Shown piece after piece: positions 50,401 to 61,240 of a DNA stretch of 64,000 bases; the first letter of the stretch is position 1; every line of letters begins with the position of its first letter. The notes beneath the pieces are model-generated. The model saw only the letters and a list, made by a program, of their open reading frames with translations, was not told the DNA's origin and ran no database searches. Position numbers and translations under genes: made by a program. This DNA is from Hyphochytrium catenoides (taxonomy: Eukaryota > Protista > Hyphochytriomycota). The DNA is taken from the NCBI GenBank assembly GCA_900088475.1, contig FLMG01001771.1, positions 1 through 64,000 on the forward strand. The letters are read 5' to 3'.

Positions 50401-53111
50401 TACCCGTACAATTATACTCGCCCCAAGACACCAGTGACAAAGTAGTGACTGAGCTTACCTCTTCTCTCTCCATTTCACCCGTGGATATTGTGATCAAACA
50501 ATCCCCGTACTTTGAAGCGGAGACCAGCCGTGCCCAAGTTCTCTCGTATTCCTTCTCCTCCGTACTCCCCGGCTCAAACTGCAGAGACTCTGGAATCCAG
50601 CCAGTCAAAGAGAACAGATCGATACCAGAATTGCTGCCTGGAAAGTCATAGCCGCCATGAACCTTCATGTATGCCTTTTCAATTATGGACACCTGACGAG
50701 GTCGCGTTAGTTCAAGAACCAAGTAAGACACAGAAGCAACGTGCCACACTGGCCAACCTGGCAGGAAAGCTGTATCTGACAGTGGGATCACAAGCATTGG
50801 TGCAAAAATAAATTGACGAAAAGTTACTGCAGACATGAGGCATGTCTTGGTTCAGACTAGACGAATCGAGATGGGGAGCTTACCCAGAGTTCTCCTGAGA
50901 CTGCTGAGTAGGAGCAAAGCAGCTTCAGGTCCTTGTCTACAGGTAAGAGGTCATCTACAATGACCTTCCTTGCTATCCCATTGATCCAAAGCTTCACCAT
51001 GTACTTGCCACTCCTGACCATAAGGAGAAAAGCAGTCGTATTGTATGAACAAATGCAGTTTTGAAGAACAAGGTAACCAAAAGAGTCGAGGATTGACGGT
51101 TGGTAGCTGAAGAGAGAATTGACTCCATCCCAGGAACAAGACGACGCGACAACGCTGCAAGAAGACAGGAAGGATGGATACAATTTGTGAGACTGCTTTT
51201 TGAGCTTCTTACGGATTGTAGAGTGGCTCCCCTTGGGCATTCTGGGGATAAATTATGTTCGTGATCAGTCGCTTCTTCCATTTCTGCTCATATGCGGCCG
51301 TAATGCAGAGGGATGCTACGAACGAGCAGTCCGTCACCAAATCCTATATCCGAAGGAGGTTGGAAGGGTCAACTTAGAGCTAAGAGGATAGAAGGGAATG
51401 CAGTAAGATCACGCTTGGGAAAGGTAGCCACCTAGGAAGGACCGTATGATGGAAACCGGAGGTGAGCTCTTTGTACCTGCGTGATTGAAAGGGCGGACAC
51501 TTGCTTGATCATGCTAGGTGTCCCGTGATAAAACTGCGACGGGCGCATCCAACTGAAGAACCTTTTCTGCTGCTTAGAGGACAGAGGTAGTACAGTGTCG
51601 TCCGTGTACGGCCGTGAGAAATTGAACACCTGCTCAATTTTGAAGAGGGCACACATTCAGGGATCCCAGCTAACAAGGGTCGTCAAAGGGTACGACGAGA
51701 TGCAATACAATGAGTCACGCGGCCATGGCGTTAAGGCAAACTTTGAATGAGAAAGTACTCTCACGTGCATAAGAAAACACCAGATAACAAATGGACAAGG
51801 AGTGACGGAAAGGAGAGATATAATGAGGAGCGGTAATTAAAGGGCAATGACCTCGCTAGTCTCATCCGAGTCAAGCCAGGGCAAAAATATGCGACCGTTG
51901 ATGGTAGAAGATCGCCGCAGGACGTCCAGCTCAGAATCCGAATACCTTTCCACCTTCTTTTCTGTGGATAAAGTTCTAGCTGATAGTCCTGCTGCTGGTA
52001 TCACTGCACGGCTTGAATTAGGCGATGGGGCTGGTGCGGTCCTCAGGCTATTGATATGCTCAATACGGTCCAAGATGGTAACCACCTTCTCGGAAAGGGC
52101 CTTCTTTTCACTTTCATGCATGTCCCTCATGCAGGATATGAACCTAGCCGGAACGGGCCATAGGTAGATCACCACGGGTGAGAAGCCGGGATAGATTACT
52201 TAGATAGAATCAAAAGTAAGAAAGACCAGAGAGAAAGGTCGAGCTCGGAGAGTTCTGGGAAAGACGGGTTCAGACGCGATTCTGAACAAGCGAGAAGATG
52301 CCAGCAGGAAGCCAAGACATGCCAACCTGAAGTCTCATTCTCCTTTACCTTTCAGCTGCGGCTGCATACGAAGCTTTTGAGTCTGCCCATCGGCCGTGGC
52401 TCTCGTCATCCTGTGCTTGCCTCAGCAGCTGTTCTGCCTCCTCCAGAGGCGTGAGGGGATACCTGGGCTGAGAAAGACTAGGAGCTTGGTCATCCAATCT
52501 CCCACCTTTGGTAGAAGGCGCTCGAGGAGGAAGACCAGGAGATGAGGAAGATATATCCAAGCCACAGAGCTCCAGGTCAGAACTGTCAGAGCCATCGCCG
52601 TCGAAGATATCGGTTAAGGAGAAATTCTTCCTGAGAACTATTGGCATGCATGAGCCTCGATGTAAACGAGTATCAAGAGAGGAAGAACCGTTTTTGTTTA
52701 TTATTGGAACCGCGGGCACTTTGTAAAGACGGGAGAGGGAATAAGCGTGTTCAAGTGGCCGAGAAGCCGACTGGAGACAATATGCAGACCTGAAGGGCAG
52801 CAGACAAAAGAATCTGAAGTGCACGCTTATGACGTACCATTTGCCATCTGAACATTTCCGGGCCGATCAACCATCGCCTGCAATGCACCCATCCTCTGCC
52901 GGTATTCTTGTGCTCTGGCAAGTATTAGGGCTCGATCCCCTTCGTTCTTCACCAGTTGCGACGCAATGGCCTGCTCAAGCTTGGAGGCCGCGGCCCCATA
53001 CAGGCTTATTGCTTCTCCAAAGTGCTGCTGGCAATCAGCTTCAACAGCCTTTTGGGCTAGCTGAAGCCCCTCGTGGGCAAGCGTGGGTCTAGGGGATGCT
53101 GGGGCATCCAT
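47420..53111 (-). CDS. CAPN7: Calpain-7/PalB cysteine protease (2 MIT + CysPc + calpain-III domains); multi-exon
   Basis: [23 protein letters not shown]; catalytic triad intact in [25 protein letters not shown] and VKNPW; [32 protein letters not shown]. Confidence 0.95.
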
Positions 53112-54284
53112 TGGCTACCCGCTGCTCCGCTAGACCAGCCCAACGTTGGCCGAGAGTTTGGCTAGTTGCTTACAAACTTGAGGATTGGTCGAGTAGAAGC
53201 AAACAGGCATGCAAAAGACCCTAAGTGTCGCAGGGTCCGTCTCCTGCTGCACCATTTCCGCCCAAGTCAAATATTCCTCAGAAGGCAGCATTTGTAACTC
53301 TTCTTTCTGTCATCAAGCTTCACCGGCACGTGCAGGATCACTCTTCTTCTGCTCCTACTCCTCCGACCCTTTATCACCCGACACATCAAGATTACTCTGC
53401 TTGCTGCTGTCTGTAGCGACCCAGCTCTTCGCTGGTCGCAGCCTACTGACATCTGGAGAGCCCTAAATGAGCGATAACCACGGTCCTTGGATCTCTGTCT
53501 GCAGTATCAGAATCCATTCCACTGTCCAACATTTTTCTGCATTTGTAGAGACAGCTCCCAATAAGCCTGCAAGAACCCACCATCAAACACACTCCTTACC
53601 CAGATGACACCCCACACTCAAAGTCTCATTATATTATGTAGCTAAACAGTCTAACACAGCGTTATTCGTAAACTCTTGTACTCAAATGACGCTGTAAGTA
53701 AGAAGGGGAGAGGAGGCGGTTAGCGGCTCATTGAAGACTGAGGTTGGGCTGTTACAGATCTCGCGGATCGCCCATCACTGGCTGTCTCCTCACCCAGAGG
53801 AAACAAGAAAGAACAAGATTAGAGAGATGACGAAGAGTGAAGAAGGACAGACAGCACATTGGTGGATGGAGAGAGGGGAAAGAAAGCGTAAGGAAGGGGA
53901 TCGAGACAGAGGTGAGAGGTAGTTGAAAAGAGAGAGAGAGAGAGGGGTAACTATGGGAAGGACCAAGAGGAAGGAGAATGATGAGGAGTTGCTTCTTCCT
54001 CGCAAGTGAGTTGCACAGTAGCTGCGTTGCTGAGCGAAAGGCAACAGAAGAGTTGGGTCGTCGCTGCTGGTCTCCCAGAGATCGTATTGGCATTGCGAGA
54101 CATCATATCTCCTGACTCTACCGCCGCGCCCGCGTCCGTAACCTACCCTCGGCCACTCATCGGCTTGAAACGTAGCAAAGAACCAGGAGGTAATATAAAG
54201 TGAAGTCTAGCGAGGAGCTCACTGATTGTGAGGGGAAGGCTTGGCTTGCATTCTCTTTTGAGCGTTCTCTACCTTAGTGCAACC

Positions 54285-55366
54285 ATGGGTCTCTTTGAAA
54301 TGCTCTCAGACGCTTTGGGCTTCAACAAGCGGAAAGCCAGGATCCTGATCGTTGGTCTAGATAATAGCGGAAAGACCACGATCATCAACCATCTGAAGCC
54401 TAACAAGGGACTCACTCATGAGGTGGTCCCAACTATCGGCTTTCAGGTGGACGAGTTCTCCAAAAAGAATGTAAACTTCACCGTCATTGACATGTCAGGA
54501 CAGGTACGAGGCAGGGACCAAGGCTAGCATGGTTGATTGCCATCAGATATGTGAAGGGGAGAGTGTTGACATGTGCGTCCTTCTAATGATGCTTTTCTTT
54601 CCTTACTATCAGAGCAATTACCGCGCTCTTTGGGAGAAGTATTATAAAGAAGTTGAGGTAAGGACACTCCCACGTAGGACAAAGAACACTTGATAGGGTC
54701 AAATCACGAAGTAGCGGGACAGAAGGGAAGATATATGTGAGTAGTGGATGAAAGGGAGATTCCATAGCACGGATGGTCGAACAATAAAGAGAGAGACAGT
54801 ATGGAGAGACGAAGGTCAAGAGACACCAGGGAAGGCAATCGCCAACAGTTGGCGATTAATACTTTCTCACTTTCCTATGATGTAGGCTATTATTTACGTA
54901 GTGGATAGTACAGACAAAGTCCGCATCTGTGTAGTCAAAGACGAACTGGAGGAGCTTCTCCACCATAAAGACTTGGGGCGCTCTCTTCCCGTCCTTTTCT
55001 ATGCGAACAAGGTCAGACTTTTGGCCATCAGGATGCTTCTTTCGGTAAACATTCTCGTTCTCATGGCTAAGCCTTAACGTTTACATTGCAGATGGACCTT
55101 CCTCATGGACTCTCTCCCGTCGAAATCGTGCAACTCCTGGGCCTAGACAAGTTAAAGGAGAAGCCCTGGCATATCACGTAAGTCCGATTGATAGCTGGTT
55201 GTGACTCGCTTCTTTAAGTGTAACGCTGTGCGCTATCAACTTCACCTGGTTTCGGGATTGTCTCTCACTGTTTCTCTTCAGTGCGAGCAACGCCCTCACT
55301 GGAAGCGGTATCGATGATGGCATTGACTGGCTGGCAGATAACCTCAAGAAGAATAACAAGAAGTAA
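54285..55366 (+). CDS. ARL6: ADP-ribosylation factor-like GTPase 6 (BBS3); 5 exons
   Basis: MGLFE.. myristoylation start, GLDNSGKTTIINHLKP, DMSGQ (ARL6-type), FYANKMDL, KPWHITASNALTGSGI. Confidence 0.95.
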
Positions 55367-55515
55367 TTGCTTCGAGCCCAAATAGCAAAGCGAACAATAG
55401 AATTATTGAATCAGGGGCGTTGGCCTGATGTATAGTGTCATACCAGTTGCGGAGGGGAAAGATATAGGACATTTCAGGTTATCCTGCCTTATTCAAAAGG
55501 GAAGCTAACGAAAAC

Positions 55516-56868
55516 TTAGTCATCGTCATCATCATCATCTTTTCCTTCTTGTCCCATCAACTGCTTGAAGAGCTTTCCTGGATCTCCAGACGACTGCATC
55601 TGCTCCTCCATTTGCTTTCTCTCTTCAGGATCTGCGTGTGCAGTTTTTGATTCTTTAAGCCAGCAGCGAGGCATCAGTGAGGATGAAGCGATACATCACT
55701 TACCCATGTTCTCCATCATCTTGGGCATGACGAACACCATCAGCAACGTGAAGCCCATCATAAGGACCATCGGATTCTTTAGAATATGACCAATGCCAAA
55801 CGATTCTTTAACCTGGGACAAACTCCGTTATCAATGTCGCTCAGATCTTTGTTTTACCCATATCCACCCAGTGTGACTCCCTCAACACTCGGCTCGATTC
55901 TCAAGTTGCTAAGTGTATGCCCTGTACCTCAAAGAAATTCCAAGCCGTATGAGCGTTAAGGACGAAGGGGTGGGTAGCTTGCAGTGCTGGCGCGCCTGGA
56001 TACTTGTACTCCACGGCATCCTTCAGGGTGCTGTCGTCCCGAATATCAAATTTGATCTGATTCCAGCATGGTTAAGGATAGTTAGGCACACAAATATCAA
56101 CCCATGGAGGCGAGCAAACCGTTTATAGATTGAACTAGCAGGCGAGATAAAGTGAAGGCAGCTGATAGAGACACCGGACAAGAACATATAAAGATACCGA
56201 ACAAGGGGAGTGGTAGTGGTGGCTGCGAAGCACTATACTGGAGCGAGCCTAGATCGGCCAAAGTGACCACAATGAAGCAGGCCCAGGGCAAGGCCTAGCA
56301 CTCCAATGTGACACATAGACAGCTTCATTTTGAAGAAATGCCCTTGGAGCGAAGCGAAGGAGGGAACAAGCTCGCGAACTATCTTCCAACTAGACAGCCA
56401 TAATAGGGGGCTCTCGCCTGAAACTGACCTGACTGAAGGCGTGTGTAGGAGAGAGAATCTCCAAGGTGTATGTCCCTGGCGGAATATCATAGAAGGAGAA
56501 ACTGCCATCTGCTCGGGTGAAGGCAGTGAGCTGACCGCCATTTAGTTGCACCTGGATCAAAGAATCGGTTAGATTGTGATCTCAGTCTACTAGCGGCTAT
56601 CTCGCTAATACCTTGGTCGTGGGATTAAACTGGTTGGGATACACGACCATTCCCCTGATCTGACTCCGCCTTGAGAAGATCGCAGTCATTAGGTCAGGCG
56701 GCATGGCCAAAGACCAGACACATATATTTGAGAGCTTTAACGAGGCCAAGTACAGGGATCATTTGGGCGTATACACTATGGAGAGAATACTCACCTCGCC
56801 TCTTCAGATCTGACTGTGGCGCACACTGCAAGGAAGACAATGAAGATGAGAAAGTTCCTCGGCTTCAT
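55516..56868 (-). CDS. EMC7: ER membrane protein complex subunit 7 (DUF2012); 6 exons
   Basis: Signal peptide MKPRNFLIFIVFLAVCATV; DGSFSFYDIPPGTYTLEI; EYKYPGAP; ILKNPMVLMMGFTLLMVFVMPKMMENMDPEE. Confidence 0.9.
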
Positions 56869-59800
56869 GGCTCTCTTCTTCTATGCTCAAAGGTTCTTCC
56901 TCCTCGGACTCAGCGGCTGGCTGCTGTAACTCCTTGTATCCGCTGGAGAGAGCCGCTTTAGTGCACGTTGGCCTTAGGCTTTCTTGAGCGAAAATGCCAC
57001 TAAATCTCCGTTAAAATGTGCTGTGAATGTGATGATGTAGAGAAGACCTGTGACCTATGACCCATGAACTTTAATATTTGTAGAGACTGATTATCGGCAA
57101 AAAGCGAGCTCAATGAGTTTTGGCTTGAGGCTTGAGATCGGCTGACATCCTGAGAAGCCGGTACCGGCTAGTCATGTTTCCTTGTCGCTCTGTTTCTTTT
57201 GAAGTCACTCTTTTCTCCATACAAAGATACAGAAGAAGTTCTACTCCTTGGGCGGTACTGATGATGTGTGAGAGGAGGGAAGAGAGTGGGAACAGTTAAT
57301 CCAGACTCCTCCTTTTGTCTCTATGTTTCCGCTTTTCTGGGTCAGTTATTAGTTTGCTTCTCTATTCTACTATAGTAGTGATGTATGCAAAAAAAAAAAG
57401 AAGAAAGGAGTACTACTGCTCCTCATCATCATCAAAAAGAAGAGAAACAAGGAGATGTGAAAGGAAAAGAAGGAATAGAGGAGAGGAAGAAGAAGGATGA
57501 GGCAAGGGCTACAAGGCCTTGACCTCTTCATCTCTCTTCTCTTATCTTCATTTTCATCATCAGAAGGGAAGAAGAAGAAGTATCATACTCGTTAATTTCT
57601 TCTTCACCAGCAATAATAATAGGAGAAATGGGACAAGGAGGAAAGTCCAAGACCATCATCATTCGCCACCACCAGCGAAGCAAGAGAAGGATCCAACTGC
57701 TGAGACAGAATACGTTCGAACGCTGAAGGGCATTTCGTCATGGAAGGCCCAGGAGAATCGGGTATGTAACAGCCGTAATAAGCCCATCGTGAGTCCTGGA
57801 GACCAGTAGTAGTAGCGTCCATAAAGAAAGCGTCAAGCAAGGAGCGATCACATTGAAGCTTCATAAGCCGCTGCACACAGGCTAGGACACGAGGCATAGC
57901 TGCCCCCAAGGATTCTCCAACTAGGGAACAAACTGCAGCCGTACAGCCTTACAGCGAGCCTCATCGTACCCTTCTTCTTCAACTTGATAACCTCAGAAAA
58001 ACAACCCTGATGATAGCCTCTAATTGATGAAGAGTAAGAACAGGTTTGAATTTTAATGCGGCCTTTTATCTATCATTATTCAGAGGTTGGGAAGGGAAAC
58101 ATGCAACATGCAACAGACTTAGCTAGGACGACAGAGGACACAGACTCTAAAGCTCTAGTAATAGCACGAAGCTCACCCTTTTTTATACCACCACGGTACT
58201 ACGAGTGTCGGCAGATGTAGACAGAAGGAGTACTAAACAAGGGAAGAGAAAGAGACTATTATTGTTCCTAGGCGCAGGAACGAGGAGGGGTAATGGCTGA
58301 GACAAGCACTTCATAATAAACGGTGGCCAGAAGAAGAAGAGAAGAAGACAGCGCAGCCAAGAATCGGGAAGACGACGAAGTCGCCACCAGACGAGGAGCC
58401 TTAGGAGAAGGGAGAACAGTAATAAGCAGATGATACGAAGAAGAGCAACTGGCCTATGATGAAGTAACGTACCGTTCAAAAGATAGCCAAACTACTACTC
58501 GCAAAGTGCCAGGGAAGAAAACAAGGCCGGATATAACAGTAGTAGAAGATGCAGAGCTCTCGATCACACTCCACTTCGCTGACACTTTTTTGGCAATGGC
58601 AACCACCTCTCCTAATAATCTAGTTATGAGAGACTGATAGGAGGCTTTGACTTGTTTACATCTGTAGCAGCAGAGTAACTTCTTACTTCAGGAGGTAGTA
58701 GTTCTAGTACTGAAAAGAAGCTGGCCTACTCTGGTGGTAGAACTACTCCACCACTTCTCCGCAGTACAGTTTTACACTTTTACTATTTTATTCACATTCC
58801 CTAAAATAAGTAATAACGGATTCTGCTATTTACGGCAATGGATGTGCTTGCTGTACGTCCTCTTGTCGGTTCATGGTGAACTGGATGAGAGAGCATCATC
58901 TGCTTCAATGCTTCTTCTGTCCTGTCTCTTTGGGACTTCTGAGCCCCCTCCTTGCCCGCTGCGTTGTTTCCCAGCCATCACGGATACACAGCGAAGAGTG
59001 AAGAAGACGAAAGCCACCACGACAACCATCATAATATCTGGGATGGTACGAGAAGCCTTAGACGGTCAGACAACATCCGAACCAGGTCATAGGCACTCTT
59101 CGAGGACGATGAGGGTGACATATTATTAATGGTAACTACGTAGATTCCTCTTCGGGGCGTCGTCGTAAGGCATTATTATGTTGATCTGGATGTCTCTTCT
59201 TGTCGTCATCGAGACCACCTAGACTGTCGCCTTCTTCGGTCGGTCCGGACATTGCTTGTGCTTCAGGGTGCGAGAGCAGCTCGTCTTCATGCCCAAAAGC
59301 TTCCTCCTGATCCATCATCATCAAAAAAGAAGCCTCGCCTTCAACGAGCAGTCAATAGGCCGGCAGCCATCATCATCGATCGTCGGTCTGCTACATTTGC
59401 TGGAAGAGAAGGAGAGCCAGAATAACTGCCTACTGCTGGGTTGGTAGTTCTCTTTGTGCTTACTTGCTTAGTTCCATCCCAGGGATCTCCATCATCGGGG
59501 ACAGGGCTCGGCATTGCTTGCTGGGCTTACATAACAAGGGCCAGTTTTCCTCAGCACTGCGGTTCTTCTGCAGCAGCAGCAGCAGTAGTAGTACACACAA
59601 CGCTTGGTTGGCATGGCCCAGAAGAAGAACAGCAAGAAACGCTCGAGGATCCACCACCTCTTCCCTTTCATCACCATCCAGCGACATGATGTCTGCCAAC
59701 TGTCGGGTCCATCCTCTTGCAAGCGAAACGATGGCGCTGATGGCTACAACGGAAGGAGGTGAACCAACAGGAGAAGCCTAAGCAAAGACTATTTGCTAAG

Positions 59801-59924
59801 GTCATGCGAGAGAAAATTCTGCTTCTTCTCGTTCCCCTTTGTTATGGCATAAGCACTACTGCAGCTAGGGAGTCCAATAACGTCAGTAGCCAGCGAGCCA
59901 AACAAGAGTGAGTAGGAGACCAGT

Positions 59925-60013
59925 TCCTGCTCGGTTTGTCTGAACTCTTCGTGAGTTTCCGCAGTTTATCCTGCTCGGTTTGTCCGAACTCTTCGTGAGT
60001 TTCCGCAGGTTAT
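59925..60013. repeat. 44-bp tandem duplication with nested inverted repeats
   Basis: cctgctcggtttgtc[t/c]gaactcttcgtgagtttccgcag[t/g]ttat x2, followed by a T run. Confidence 0.9.
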
Positions 60014-61240
60014 TTTTTTGCACTTGTCCAAAGAAGCGGCTTCTACTGAAAGCGAGTTGGAGCGAGCTCTCTCAGCTGAAAGATCTTATCACCGGCCGGT
60101 AAACTTTTCTTACTTTCCTCCTCGCTAGGAACACTATAGGCTACGGGCGGGGGAGCACGAGGCGGTGTCCTCTTCACCTTTGACTGTTGTTGGGGATACC
60201 TAATGCCCGCCTGCTGGGGCCCCAGGGGTGTCCAGATGATCCTGCGTCAATGAGAGATTTTCAAGGTATCAAGGGTGCTCCTTAGGTCATTTGTGCGCTG
60301 AATCAAGCTCGAAAACGGAACCTGTGAACGAAGCATGAGAAGCTCTTCATTAGTTTCCTCCTAATTGTATCTTTGTTGAGATGCCTGTGATCCTCCTCCT
60401 CTTCTCAGCTCTTCCTGTGTCTCTTTCTATATGAAGATCCTTCCCTGCTTTTGTTTCCAACCAATGGACGTACGTCTCTTTCTCCGTCTTTTTATTGCTC
60501 TCTCTGCTACACAGAGAGGATGACTTCACTACTGCCACTACCGTTGTTCAAAATACCGGAGGAATAGACACCACCGCCTCTCTCTTGTAGCAGGGCTTTG
60601 CGGTTAGAAGTGGTGAAGGAAAACGATAGAGTAAAGGGGCAGATCTAAGAGAAGAGGCGAACGCTGAGGAGAAAAGAATGAAATCAAGAGAGGGAGACTA
60701 CTAGGACAGGAGATAACAGCGAGGGAAAGCACAGGAAGAGACAAGAAGAGACACAGAAGAGAGAGAGAGAGAGAAATGGTGGCGAGGGGATAATGCGTGA
60801 AAAAACCAGGTAGACTTTTGAGGGACAGCCTTTCTTGGAGGGACGCTAGGAGGAGAAGACTCACCCGAAGGTGATCCACTACGCGGGGTTTAGTTCCCTC
60901 ATTCCTTCTCTTCTTCTGTAAGGGACTGAGCGCTGATGCCACTGAACATCGTAAAGAACAAGGGGTGACTCTAAACATTTGTGAATTTCCTATGAAGAAC
61001 CTCGTCCGTCCTTTGAGAGGACGGCAGTGTTCAATAGACTGAAGAGATCGGCAGCGACTCCGTCACTTGTTGTTAGTGGCAGCTTGCTACTACATCGTGG
61101 TCTGGTGATTTGATAGGGAGAAGAGAGCCCTTCTGTGCTCAACGGCGCCACTACTGTTTTGTCACACTTGCCTTTCTGCCCACTTTGAGAAAAGACAGCT
61201 TTACTTATTTGGCAAAGTGGGAAGCTCCTCCTACTAGAGG

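Noticed and set aside
37850-54280. X-box/RFX-like motifs upstream of ciliary genes (gtcacctcgtgctac; gttgc..gcaac)
   Set aside because: Degenerate matches expected by chance and not shared across the four genes.
6257-56868. Alternative genetic code (stop reassignment) explaining the fragmented ORFs
   Set aside because: In every conserved gene I traced, stops fall within introns, and TAA, TAG and TGA all end genes.
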